Virus record (IMG/VR): IMGVR_UViG_3300032220_001761
Location: 129,134 to 190,674 of that record
Strand: one strand, 5' to 3'
DNA: 61,541 nt
Origin: a virus
Taxonomy: Duplodnaviria; Heunggongvirae; Uroviricota; Caudoviricetes
Shown: positions 27,528-37,395 of the stretch, in pieces
Layout: every line of letters starts with the position of its first letter
Position numbering within the stretch: the stretch's first letter is position 1
The notes under the pieces: model-generated
What the model was told of the DNA's origin: nothing
Database searches by the model: none
Seen by the model: only the letters and a program-made list of their open reading frames with translations
Program-made: the position numbers and the translations under genes

Positions 27528-27839
27528 CTATTTTATTTCTTCATATTTGGATTGTATCCCGTTAGCATAAAGGACAAAGATAGATTTTCCTACGGAATCC
27601 TGGTAGACAGTATACTCGCCAGTTTTCCGGTCGATAATCAGCATCTCTCCCCTTTCATTTATAGCAACGGAAGTTTCTGATATCTTTTTTACCTCTTTGG
27701 CTGTAGATGGCTTTTGTTTAGTGTAATGGTAAATTTCACAAACTGAGTAACCAATAATAACAGCAAAAGAAAAAAGGATTACCTTACCTAATTTAGATAG
27801 ATAATCCTTTGCTTTTGAGAGAATTTCTTGCTTTTCCAT
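27528..27839 (-). CDS. single-TM hypothetical protein
   Basis: VILFSFAVIIGY TM; TATCTTTG promoter at 27866-27873. Confidence 0.7.
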   Translation of the reverse strand: MEKQEILSKAKDYLSKLGKVILFSFAVIIGYSVCEIYHYTKQKPSTAKEVKKISETSVAINERGEMLIIDRKTGEYTVYQDSVGKSIFVLYANGIQSKYEEIK

Positions 27840-27908
27840 CTTTGTTCATTTTTTTTATTCAAAGACAAAGATAATAGAAAAATCTAAAGAAAAAAAACTT
27901 TTCTTAAA

Positions 27909-28187
27909 TTATTCAGCATCAGAGGGCAGCTGGAAAGAAGATTCATCCGCTGAACAGTTAGACTTCAATTCATCAGGAATCTCCTTGGCTTTCTCCCAGA
28001 AGAATCTAGGAACCTTACCACATCTCTTACAGATTATAACTTCTGCAGGTAAAAGTTCTTCCTTCCCTGAAGGACTCATTAAAGCAGATAATTTTTTAAA
28101 AAGCATAGAGGAATCCCATAATAGATTACCTGCTTCACATTTAACCCAAGGGGTTGATGTTAGATCGATTTTTATTTTTTCTTCCAT
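27909..28187 (-). CDS. small Zn-ribbon-like phage protein
   Basis: KC...KKLSALMSPSGKE...CKRCG. Confidence 0.7.
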   Translation of the reverse strand: MEEKIKIDLTSTPWVKCEAGNLLWDSSMLFKKLSALMSPSGKEELLPAEVIICKRCGKVPRFFWEKAKEIPDELKSNCSADESSFQLPSDAE

Positions 28188-28546
28188 TTGTGTTTATTTA
28201 TTAAGTTTTTGTATGTAAAGTAATGTTCTGGCCATTTATTAAAAAATAGATTGACATATTTTTCGATAGAACCAAAATGTTCTTTTGAGTTTTTTTCGTT
28301 GGAGCAAACCTTTATACACTTAATTAGGTCAATAACAAACTCCTCAGAATTGCTTAAAGAAAGATATAAAAATATCCTGTCTTCCTCTTCAAGCTGAAAA
28401 TATAGGTCTAAAAAATATGACGAGAATTTGTCTTTTGATATATGAGCATCAGGTTTTACTATCCACCTGTTAAAATTCTCATACCCGTATGATCCTGCAA
28501 ATTCGAAAAATTTTTCCTTGTCAAAGTATCTTTTATTGAATGACAT
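28172..28546 (-). CDS. hypothetical protein
   Basis: MSFNKRY start; GAAAC-N17-GTATAAAT upstream. Confidence 0.7.
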   Translation of the reverse strand: MSFNKRYFDKEKFFEFAGSYGYENFNRWIVKPDAHISKDKFSSYFLDLYFQLEEEDRIFLYLSLSNSEEFVIDLIKCIKVCSNEKNSKEHFGSIEKYVNLFFNKWPEHYFTYKNLINKHKWKKK

Positions 28547-28582
28547 ATAATTTATACGCCTTTCAATATACTAAGTTTCAAA

Positions 28583-29527
28583 TTAATCGAATAGACCAAA
28601 TTTATTAAGAAGTCCTGCTCCTTTAGATAAATCACTATCAAATCCTTCTTCAGGAGGTGGAAGATATAAAACAAGCTTTGGATTATTGTTTACAAGCTCC
28701 TTAGTGATCCTGTCATACTCTCCAGGATTTTCGGTATAGGACTTTATAATTTTATTAGTCTCTTTCCTAGACATACCGCCTACATTTTGTAAAGCGCTTC
28801 TAAGAATATAAAAATAAACATAGGTAAGTTTAACATTGAAATCTTCCTCGCTATAATTAGGAGATACAAGCTCAGGCTTTGTAGTTAAAGGTGCAGGTCT
28901 ATCACCTAGAGATCTAATATAGCCATTAGGAAAAATACCTATATTTGAAGTAGTAGGAGTATCTAAAACTAGTACACCTCTTTTTTTCTGAATCTCACTA
29001 GAAGCTATTTTTACATTCATTTTTTCTAGCTTCTTAAAAATGTCATTATCATAGATGTCGATGTCAGTAAAAGGATTAAAAAAAGTAGAGTTCTTTCTAG
29101 ATGCAGTTATTAGAACGTCTATTAAACTATAAAATGGATCTAATTCGTATTTTCTTGAAGGAGATTGATACTGTCCAAATGGTGTGGAATAATATCCAGG
29201 GGATATTGAATTTACTAGATTTTCTATATCTTGATTCTCAGAAGGATCTAATTTAATTTCAGAAGTCAGTGGATTAAAAGTAAAGGAAGGAACCCTTATT
29301 TTATTTTTATCCCATATTATATAAACATTCTGGAGACTTGGATTTTTTGGACTAGCATCTAAATACATACCTCCAAATTTAGCATCTCCTGTTAATTGCC
29401 CCATGGCTCTTTTTCTTACTTCCTTAATTATGTGGGCCTCTACAGAATCTGGTAAATTAACTCCAGGATAGCTAACTGCTTCGTTAATAAATGAGGTAAA
29501 GTTTAATATATTTTTCATTTTTTTCAA
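28583..29527 (-). CDS. putative virion-internal protein; C-half resembles 20059..20664
   Basis: KNILNFTSFINE leader; ends KGAGLLNKFGLFD. Confidence 0.75.
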   Translation of the reverse strand: MKKMKNILNFTSFINEAVSYPGVNLPDSVEAHIIKEVRKRAMGQLTGDAKFGGMYLDASPKNPSLQNVYIIWDKNKIRVPSFTFNPLTSEIKLDPSENQDIENLVNSISPGYYSTPFGQYQSPSRKYELDPFYSLIDVLITASRKNSTFFNPFTDIDIYDNDIFKKLEKMNVKIASSEIQKKRGVLVLDTPTTSNIGIFPNGYIRSLGDRPAPLTTKPELVSPNYSEEDFNVKLTYVYFYILRSALQNVGGMSRKETNKIIKSYTENPGEYDRITKELVNNNPKLVLYLPPPEEGFDSDLSKGAGLLNKFGLFD

Positions 29528-29529
29528 TT

Positions 29530-30387
29530 TTAGAATCCTAGATCTCCTAGATCTGCGGCAGTATCTATATTTGGTAATAACTCTTTTATCTTATCGAATA
29601 AAGGAATATTCATTTTTCTAATCTCGTCTGCTTTTCTGAATGTCTCAGGATCATTGCTAGAAAAATAATTTATTACAACCTCGTCCATTAAAGGAGGAAA
29701 TATTACATTTTCAAAAGTTCTGATTTGGTTTTTACCGATTTCTTCTAATAGGGAAATAAATTTTCTAGACAAAGCATTAGGATCTTTTTCCATCTTACTA
29801 TATCCATATAGAGAATTCTCTAAACCCTTAGTAATACTATCTTCAATATTATATGAGTTCCTAGTTTCTTCATCTAATAGGTCAAGGCATTTTAAAGTCT
29901 CTATATTTTTTAAATATCCTGGCCAGAATATGTTTTCAAGTGTATTAGATATAAGATTTTTGTACACATTAGAAATACAATCTTTTATTGCCTTGTCGTA
30001 AATACCCTTAACAGGCCCTGCAGAAAATAAACAAGACCCTATAGCATCTATTAATCCTTTCATTTGCGGATATTTAAAAGCTTCGTCTTCAAAATTAAAT
30101 CCCTCAGGATTAACATCCATCGGATTAATTAGCTTAGATTCGTATTCTTGAATTCTGTTTTCTTTCTCTTTTTGTAAAAATCCAAAAGCAGACCCTTCTG
30201 AAAGAATTTGTTTATAAGAATAATTTACCAACCATCTTCTAAAATCTTTGTATCCATTTGCCTTTTGTATTTCATTTTCGAAAAAAGCAAGACAATCCAT
30301 ATAGGTTTCAACATCCCAAATTTTCTTGAGATCTATGTCCTGTAATTTTATTGATTCAAATAGAGCAAAATGCTTAATGTATTTCAT
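29530..30387 (-). CDS. putative virion-internal protein
   Basis: MKYIKHFALFES leader; ends AADLGDLGF. Confidence 0.7.
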   Translation of the reverse strand: MKYIKHFALFESIKLQDIDLKKIWDVETYMDCLAFFENEIQKANGYKDFRRWLVNYSYKQILSEGSAFGFLQKEKENRIQEYESKLINPMDVNPEGFNFEDEAFKYPQMKGLIDAIGSCLFSAGPVKGIYDKAIKDCISNVYKNLISNTLENIFWPGYLKNIETLKCLDLLDEETRNSYNIEDSITKGLENSLYGYSKMEKDPNALSRKFISLLEEIGKNQIRTFENVIFPPLMDEVVINYFSSNDPETFRKADEIRKMNIPLFDKIKELLPNIDTAADLGDLGF

Positions 30388-30399
30388 CTTTGTTTTTAT

Positions 30400-31296
30400 T
30401 TAATAACCTCCTACTGGATCAAATCCTCCTCTATCTATGGCACTTGGAGGGGCCATAAATATTTTACCAAACGGTGGCGGATTGTAAAGTTCTGTAGAGC
30501 ATATAAACCAAAATACCTTCTTTATATATTTTCTTATACCGTAATCGTTTGGATCTGGCATATCGCCGCCGGTGTCAGTTAAATATATAAATATAGATGG
30601 TTTAATTTTATGATCTTGTACCCATTTGAAAGGAGGATCAAATCCAAGATCATTACCTCCAGTAGATTTCATCTTTGTGAAATCCGGTTTACCACCTTTT
30701 TTAATAACGTCTACTCCATCTATATCATCGCTACAGTAAATAATAATTGTTTCATCTGCATCAAAGGTTTTACACAAATACATTATCTCATTCAGAAATA
30801 TTTTAATCTGTGTTTTGCTTATAGATCCTGATGTATCAACTGCTGCTACAATGGTCTTTAATGTGTCTTGTCCTGTTTGTTTTCTTCCGTAGATTGTGTC
30901 TCCACCTGATAGCAATCTTTTATTAGGTAAAACCCATTCAACTGATTTAAAAGTCTGGTCAAAGAATTTTTTAAGTTCTTTTTTCCAGTTAACTGCAGGC
31001 TCTTTTGTTTTAAGATCCTTCAATATTTTTTTAGCCTTATCTGATAAAGAACTAGAATTTCTACTTAAGGCCTTGCTAGATAAATCTCCCCAATTTGGTT
31101 TTTTACCAGGAGGTATTATTTTACTAGGTTTATCTGGAGTTATTTTTTTTGCCTTTACTGGATCTATTTCTCCATCCTCAGGTCCTCTGTAATATTTATC
31201 GCTATCGTTAGACTTGCCTGTTGAAGGAGCAATCTTTGAATCCTTTGGATCTTCCTCCTTTTTTATTATTGAATAGTCACCTTTCTTAATTAGCAT
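30400..31296 (-). CDS. VWA-like domain protein (DUF2201 C-terminal type)
   Basis: VNWKKEL, AVDTSGS MIDAS, STGGN, IYLTD. Confidence 0.85.
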   Translation of the reverse strand: MLIKKGDYSIIKKEEDPKDSKIAPSTGKSNDSDKYYRGPEDGEIDPVKAKKITPDKPSKIIPPGKKPNWGDLSSKALSRNSSSLSDKAKKILKDLKTKEPAVNWKKELKKFFDQTFKSVEWVLPNKRLLSGGDTIYGRKQTGQDTLKTIVAAVDTSGSISKTQIKIFLNEIMYLCKTFDADETIIIYCSDDIDGVDVIKKGGKPDFTKMKSTGGNDLGFDPPFKWVQDHKIKPSIFIYLTDTGGDMPDPNDYGIRKYIKKVFWFICSTELYNPPPFGKIFMAPPSAIDRGGFDPVGGY

Positions 31297-31297
31297 A

Positions 31298-32422
31298 TTA
31301 GTCTAAATTTACTTCTATATCTCCGTTAGGGTAAATATTGGTTACAGTTCCTTGTCCTTTATTTGTCATTACCTTATCTCCAACCACAACTTTTATAGTT
31401 TGTTTTTCATCTGGTTCTCCTGGTTCTCCCGGTTCTCCTGGTTCTCCCGGTTCTCCTGGTTCTCCCGGTTCTCCTGGTTCTCCCGGTTCTCCTGGTTCTC
31501 CCGGTTCTCCCGGTTCGCCTGGTTCTCCTGGTTCTCCTGGTTCTCCTGGTTCTCCTGGTTCACCTGGTTCACCTGGTTCTACATCACCAGTTTGTCCACC
31601 TGTTGGTCCATCACCAGTTGCACCACCTGTCTGTCCGCCTGTTGGGCCATCAACATCACCTGTCTGTCCACCGGTTGGTCCATCATCTGTCTGTCCTCCC
31701 GTTTCGCCGCCACCGGTTGGTCCATCTTCTTTTGAATCTGGATCTTGATCAGTCTCTTTGTTATCATAATCTTCTTCAGATTTTTGATAATCCTCGTCAC
31801 CTTGTAAATAAACGATAAGCTCTGGATCTGGGTTTGGGATAGGATCAGTATAATCTATTACAAATCCTGTATCAGCCTGATTTATATTATTATTACTTCC
31901 CCTTGATTGCATAAGAATTTCGTAGATATCCTCAACTCTCGTACCTTCTAGCTGTTTATCATATATAAAAGCTTTCTCCCCAGATTTAGTAATAGGAGGT
32001 TCTATTCCATCCTCATCTTTGAGCATTGGATTTATAGCGTAGTCACAAGCTATATTCCACATTTTTATATCTCGGTTTTCTCTCTTATCGTAATGCTCGC
32101 TAATGCAATGTAATATCTCGTGCATTATAGCAAACCTTAAAGCTTTATCACTTTGATTAATTACAAAATCTGGATGGAAAATTATATCTCTTCCGTTTGT
32201 TGTAATAGTATTAGGTTCAAGATCGTAAGATCCCCAAAGATTTATGTGGCTTAGAAGTTCACCATAGAATCCCTTATTGATTGATAGCCATAGAGTTGCT
32301 CTATTTATTTTTTTAACTACCTCTTGAGCATTATATGATTGTGACTCGTTAAGATATCCTACGAAATTAGAAAAAGATGTTATGACCTTTCCTGATTTAT
32401 ATTTAGATTCAATAATTTTCAT
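31298..32422 (-). CDS. DUF2201 N-terminal-type metallopeptidase with collagen-like linker and SH3/KOW-like end
   Basis: [21 protein letters not shown]; (GEP)18. Confidence 0.85.
   Translation of the reverse strand: MKIIESKYKSGKVITSFSNFVGYLNESQSYNAQEVVKKINRATLWLSINKGFYGELLSHINLWGSYDLEPNTITTNGRDIIFHPDFVINQSDKALRFAIMHEILHCISEHYDKRENRDIKMWNIACDYAINPMLKDEDGIEPPITKSGEKAFIYDKQLEGTRVEDIYEILMQSRGSNNNINQADTGFVIDYTDPIPNPDPELIVYLQGDEDYQKSEEDYDNKETDQDPDSKEDGPTGGGETGGQTDDGPTGGQTGDVDGPTGGQTGGATGDGPTGGQTGDVEPGEPGEPGEPGEPGEPGEPGEPGEPGEPGEPGEPGEPGEPGEPGEPGEPGEPGEPDEKQTIKVVVGDKVMTNKGQGTVTNIYPNGDIEVNLD
31412..31579 (-). repeat. 9-bp coding tandem repeat encoding (EPG)18
   Basis: 18 full YGGTTCNCC units plus a partial. 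Confidence 0.95.
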
Positions 32423-33918
32423 TATCCCTGTAATCCTTTTTGTTTAGCTTGACTGGTAACCATTAAAGCAGCATCATGTTTTAGCTTATCTTCTGGACTT
32501 TGAACACCAGCTCCACCAAATTTAAACTCAGGGAATTTGTGTATTATTGCTTTATAAAGCCATCCTAATGAATCCAATTGGCTATATCTATTAAAATAAG
32601 ACATAACATTATAAGCTTTTTGTGGGTCATATGAATCTAGTCTTTTAAGAACTGTCTCCATTAAACCGTAAATAACGCTTTTTTGTTTTAATCCTTCTTC
32701 TATTATTTTTGCATTGTCTGGATCATTCAATATAGTTTGAATATCTACATCGGTTACTCTTTTAATTACACTTAAGAAATCTGTAAATTTAGAAGCAGCC
32801 TCAGGACCAACTTGGTCATAAAATATATTGTAGATAGTATCAATCGAAATATCTCTCCAAGATTTAGCTCCGCTATCCATAATTTCGTCATTCAAAACAA
32901 GAGCACCATCAGTCCATGATCTAGGAGTAGGATAGTTAAGAACTTTTTTATCTGTGTCCAGATGATGGAAAAGTTCTTTGTTGAATGTTAGGAATGTAAC
33001 TAATTCAGGTAATATCTTTTCATTCTTTTCTGCCCAAGAAGCCCATCTTTCCACTGTCGGAACATAGTTTTTAATCGTAAATCTATCTGCTAATGCAAAA
33101 TCGAAATCTGCTACACCTTCAGCTTCTTCTGGTCTGTTACCAGCTGCTACTATTACCCATTTGTCAGGTAATTGATATTCTCCGATTCTCCCTTGTTGAA
33201 CGAACTGCATGATTGAATTAAGAACCACTTTATTAGCTCTGTTCATTTCGTCCATGAATATGATTCCGCCTCTTCCATCTTTACCATTATCTTGTGGTAA
33301 AATTCTAGGAGGATTAGCTCTTGTGAATCCTGCTCCAGGATCTACTAAAACACCATCTTCAACTTTAGTTTGTCTTATATCATGTTTACTAGGTATTCCT
33401 AAGAAATCCTCCGGGTTCATAAACTGAAGATCAAGCTTTAAAACTGGAACCTGTAGTTCATCACCTGCTTGACCAACTATTTCAGTTTTACCAATACCAG
33501 GTGCACCGTAAATAAAAATAGGTTTTGCTCTACCGCCTCTATCTTTACTTCTATAAAGTTTTAGAATATCATTCTTTAGATCTTCAGCAGAGATATTTCT
33601 TACGCTCTGGTCCTCACCAGTATATTCCAAAGGTATCTTTGCCTCTGAAAGAGGATTTATACCTTTATGGAATTTAAGCATTTGTTGGTATATCGATCCG
33701 TTTTCAGGAAGGAAGAGCATTGCAACAGGCATACCCTTCATTGGACCAGAAGGAATAGGTTTTATCATTCCTTCTGCTATTGCTTTTAAGAATGATCCTG
33801 CCCATCCTCCAACTTTTTTAATAAGCGATGCTATAGAAGAAAAAAATCCTTCATTTAATTCAGGATTATATGATTCGTTTACAAAGCCTTTAAAGTCTAA
33901 AATTCTTTTATTTTTCAT
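32422..33918 (-). CDS. MoxR-type AAA+ ATPase (copy 1)
   Basis: GAPGIGKT, IIFMDEMNR, AAGNR, ALADRF, PTPRSW. Confidence 0.9.
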   Translation of the reverse strand: MKNKRILDFKGFVNESYNPELNEGFFSSIASLIKKVGGWAGSFLKAIAEGMIKPIPSGPMKGMPVAMLFLPENGSIYQQMLKFHKGINPLSEAKIPLEYTGEDQSVRNISAEDLKNDILKLYRSKDRGGRAKPIFIYGAPGIGKTEIVGQAGDELQVPVLKLDLQFMNPEDFLGIPSKHDIRQTKVEDGVLVDPGAGFTRANPPRILPQDNGKDGRGGIIFMDEMNRANKVVLNSIMQFVQQGRIGEYQLPDKWVIVAAGNRPEEAEGVADFDFALADRFTIKNYVPTVERWASWAEKNEKILPELVTFLTFNKELFHHLDTDKKVLNYPTPRSWTDGALVLNDEIMDSGAKSWRDISIDTIYNIFYDQVGPEAASKFTDFLSVIKRVTDVDIQTILNDPDNAKIIEEGLKQKSVIYGLMETVLKRLDSYDPQKAYNVMSYFNRYSQLDSLGWLYKAIIHKFPEFKFGGAGVQSPEDKLKHDAALMVTSQAKQKGLQG

Positions 33919-33967
33919 CTTTTCTCTTGGGATTATATATGTCCATTATATATCCAAAAGAAAGAAA

Positions 33968-35137
33968 TTAAAAAAGAGCTCTTACTAATAGAAGGTTAGG
34001 GGAAAGAGGGGCATAGCCCATTGCTTCAATAAATCGATTTATCGGATCAAGAATAACACGATTGAATTGTTCATCAAAATCTACAGGCGGAGCATACTCA
34101 TAAGGATAAGATCCATTAAGATATCCAAAAACATTATTTTCTGCTTCGCTTTTAGTTTTTACGTAGTAGAATTTAATCTTCTCCGAAGATCTAATCAAGC
34201 TGTATTTTGCTTTGTATTTGGAATTGTTTAGAACGTAATTGTGATATCCTGCTGCTCTAACGTGCATTGGACAGCCTTTAGCAACTTCAAATTTATTGGT
34301 ATCGTTTACTATGAATTTTTCAAGGTTGTTTACTGATGTTCCTATAGCAATCTGATCCGGATTCTGTATCTTAAATTCATTTTTAATCTCCTTTAAGATC
34401 TTTACGAACTCTCTTATATCAAAACTCTTACCTTTTTCGAAAATGTGCCTTAAAAGGAACGTAAGCTTCTCTCTTGCAAATGGTGCAGTACCTCCTTGAG
34501 CTAATTCTATACCTGTTGATTTAATTTTAGAGAGTCTAGGAAATAAGTCCTTGTTAGGATCTTGCCATGCTATGTGCAATACGTATTTTTTCTTACCTAA
34601 GAATACACCTGCATAAGATAGACTCTCTAGCTCAAAATCTTGGTAGTTTTTAGTATTCCATTTTTCAGAGTAGATGTCATAACACTTCTTAATATAATCC
34701 TTGAGTCTATACTCATTTAATCTTTTTACGAATTCAAAATGATCATAATCAAATTCACATGAATCCATAACTGCACCAAGATTGATGTAGTTAGAATCTG
34801 TGTCACCGTAAATGATAAAATCTAGGTTTAGCTTCCGTACGTTTCTAACCTCCATTTTTTCATGCACCTCTGTGTCTAAGTGCCACATCTCATTGAAATA
34901 TCGGTTAACTATCTTTTCAGCAAACTTCCAGATATCTTGACCCTGTAATGTTACGCTTTCTGCAACATCTGGGTTGAATAAAGCAAAGTATTGATTTCCA
35001 GTCGCTCCGTATATACTGTTAAGAGTTAACTTAATACCTTGCTCTGTATTATAGAAATCAGAAGATTTTTTTTGCATCTCTAGAAGCTTCTGATTAAGCT
35101 CATCTAGAGACATTGACATGTAATCTATTTCTTCCAT
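33968..35137 (-). CDS. family B DNA polymerase, C-terminal subunit (gp43B-like)
   Basis: KLTLNSIYG (motif B), YGDTDS (motif C), KKKY. Confidence 0.9.
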   Translation of the reverse strand: MEEIDYMSMSLDELNQKLLEMQKKSSDFYNTEQGIKLTLNSIYGATGNQYFALFNPDVAESVTLQGQDIWKFAEKIVNRYFNEMWHLDTEVHEKMEVRNVRKLNLDFIIYGDTDSNYINLGAVMDSCEFDYDHFEFVKRLNEYRLKDYIKKCYDIYSEKWNTKNYQDFELESLSYAGVFLGKKKYVLHIAWQDPNKDLFPRLSKIKSTGIELAQGGTAPFAREKLTFLLRHIFEKGKSFDIREFVKILKEIKNEFKIQNPDQIAIGTSVNNLEKFIVNDTNKFEVAKGCPMHVRAAGYHNYVLNNSKYKAKYSLIRSSEKIKFYYVKTKSEAENNVFGYLNGSYPYEYAPPVDFDEQFNRVILDPINRFIEAMGYAPLSPNLLLVRALF

Positions 35138-35138
35138 A

Positions 35139-35906
35139 TTATACCTCCACTAGACCTATAGCAATTATTGAATCTGATTCTGTAGATTTGATTAAAATCC
35201 TATTCTCATGGAAATGAATTTCAGAATTCTCTTGGTCTATGTAGGAAAATTGGTTTTTGTAAATAGTGTAAACTCTAGGGTCTGTAAATCCGTTAGCAGT
35301 TCTACCTTTTATTATCTGGTATTGAAACGAATTACCCCTAACAGTTACTCCGCTCTCGTGAACATCGAAATTTAAAAGTTCCTCTTGATTAGATTCTATA
35401 CCTGTTAGTGAAGAAACCTTTTGGAAGCTTTCTCTTGATATTTCAAAATTAACTTCTGACCCTTCTGTTGAATGAATGGTCTTTTGAATGTTATCATCAA
35501 TATAAGCAAGAAGACTTATATCTGCACATTTGATAAAAATGTTAAGAGAGGTAGAAGAGAATTTTATGCTAGTAGCTATTAAATCTCCTTCATAAGGTTG
35601 TGATTCAATTATAAAGTTAAGCTCCTCTTCTGGACCGAAATATTTAAAAACGTCTATCAATTTTCCTATCTCCATAATACCAACCTTTAATCTGCTGGGA
35701 GGCATTTCACCTTCGAGGATCTCTGATAAATCTACATTTACATATTTAATTACAGATTTATCTGGAGTTCTAACTTTAGCAAAAAGGTTACTTCCTTCCA
35801 ATTCAAGGGGAACGCTTTTATCTACCAGCTTAAGCTTTTTCAAAAATGCTATAAAATTAGCCGAGTTGGCTATTTTAAAATTCCAAGTTTGTGTTTTTTT
35901 ACTCAT
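35139..35906 (-). CDS. probable sliding clamp (gp45-like)
   Basis: 255 aa, alpha/beta pattern, located between topoisomerase and polymerase. Confidence 0.55.
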   Translation of the reverse strand: MSKKTQTWNFKIANSANFIAFLKKLKLVDKSVPLELEGSNLFAKVRTPDKSVIKYVNVDLSEILEGEMPPSRLKVGIMEIGKLIDVFKYFGPEEELNFIIESQPYEGDLIATSIKFSSTSLNIFIKCADISLLAYIDDNIQKTIHSTEGSEVNFEISRESFQKVSSLTGIESNQEELLNFDVHESGVTVRGNSFQYQIIKGRTANGFTDPRVYTIYKNQFSYIDQENSEIHFHENRILIKSTESDSIIAIGLVEV

Positions 35907-37311
35907 TTTCTATATTTGTTTCTAATTGTTCTTCTTCGTTATCTTGTTCATCCTCTGGATTCCAAATTCTTATCCCTTCATAAAATTCATCCTTGCTCTC
36001 TCCCATAAGTGATGTTTTTCTTGATGACTTTCGCATTGCAGCTGAATTGTTTTTTTCAACCTCTTTATACTTTTTATTCTGCTCCTTAATGTCTTGAGCT
36101 TTTATCTTTATACTTGATTTGCAAGAATTAATTTCTTCTTTTGTTTTGTTAATTTCCTCTTTGGTGAGTTTAGTTAAAGATATAGATTCCAGCTTTCTAA
36201 CTATCTCTTTCTTATAGTCGTTCATGAACAAAGATACTTCTTCTGCGGACCTTTTCTTTTCCGACATAAACACTAAAAATTTAAGCTTTGCCTCTAGAAA
36301 CTCTAATTCTTCTTCTAAATAAACAAGATCTTTTTCTAACCTTTTCAGTATAGTTTTTTCACGGTGTACTATAAAATCCTCGATATAATCCTCTAGGTTG
36401 TCATATTCTAAAACATTACCGTCTTTCACAAAGACAATATTCTCTGTGACTATCTGCTTAGTCTCTTTAGATATACTTTCACAGATTTTTTTAAAATCCT
36501 GATCCGTACATCTGAACTTTATACTGATCTTTACTTCTTCTGTAGAGAAGTTGTCCATTTTGTAATTTAATCCACTTCTCTCTAAAGCGATATTTAATCT
36601 TGTGAAAAATGACTCATACCTTTGTAATGGAGATATAGAGTTGATCTTAAACGTTCTTGCAGTTACATCAATCTCAGTTTCTCCTTCAATCAGCCAGGCA
36701 CATTTAAGAGAATCCATTTTAGTGATCTTTCCTTTGAATCCTTTAAAGTAGGGCTTAAGCTTTTTGGTCTTATTCCCTTCCATAAAAGATACTATCTCCT
36801 CAGGCTTTCTTGGTAGGATGTTAGATTTGTATCCAACTGCAATTCCAACTATATGAGTTGAAAGACCCATAGGGTAATCTACATGGATCCAATCGAATCC
36901 ACCCTCCTCATTAGGAACATTTAGATCCTTATATTTTTCAATTGCTTCCTTGTATTTCGGTGAGATCTTAACCTGTGTATATCGTGGAGCGGAAGGAACA
37001 GGATTAACAGGAGTACCAAAGAATCCGTCTCCTAGAAGTATTTGTTCAGAACACCCAAAGGGTCTAGCGAGTTTACAGATTGCTTGAGCCATAGATGAAT
37101 CCCCGTGGTGATAAAGACCTGTACTAAAAACCTCACCAATAACCCCAACGGTCTTTTTAAAATTATTCGGGGAGTTTTGTAAGATTAATCTTTGTACTGG
37201 GGTTAGACAATCATAGAAATTTGGTATACCCCTACTTTGTATAACATATAGAGCATATTTTCTGTAATCGTTATCAATCTGCTCTGAGATTGTTAAATTC
37301 TTTTTATCCAT
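35899..37311 (-). CDS. type II DNA topoisomerase, GyrA/ParC-like subunit (gp52-like)
   Basis: RGIPNFYDCLTPVQR, YHHGDSS, SAPRYT catalytic Tyr, GIAVGY. Confidence 0.9.
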   Translation of the reverse strand: MDKKNLTISEQIDNDYRKYALYVIQSRGIPNFYDCLTPVQRLILQNSPNNFKKTVGVIGEVFSTGLYHHGDSSMAQAICKLARPFGCSEQILLGDGFFGTPVNPVPSAPRYTQVKISPKYKEAIEKYKDLNVPNEEGGFDWIHVDYPMGLSTHIVGIAVGYKSNILPRKPEEIVSFMEGNKTKKLKPYFKGFKGKITKMDSLKCAWLIEGETEIDVTARTFKINSISPLQRYESFFTRLNIALERSGLNYKMDNFSTEEVKISIKFRCTDQDFKKICESISKETKQIVTENIVFVKDGNVLEYDNLEDYIEDFIVHREKTILKRLEKDLVYLEEELEFLEAKLKFLVFMSEKKRSAEEVSLFMNDYKKEIVRKLESISLTKLTKEEINKTKEEINSCKSSIKIKAQDIKEQNKKYKEVEKNNSAAMRKSSRKTSLMGESKDEFYEGIRIWNPEDEQDNEEEQLETNIENE

Positions 37312-37363
37312 ATAAAAGATACTGTGATCTTATCATCTTACCTAATAAACTAAGGTTTATTTC

Positions 37364-37391
37364 AAAAAAAAAGCCCTTACGGACTTTTTTT
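37364..37391. terminator. intrinsic terminator-like hairpin
   Basis: A-run, short GC stem and T-run after 37396..38913. Confidence 0.5.
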
Positions 37392-37395
37392 ATTT

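Noticed and set aside
31338-31818. Several overlapping ORFs with SPG or FSW repeats
   Set aside because: Alternative frames of the 9-bp repeat inside the peptidase gene
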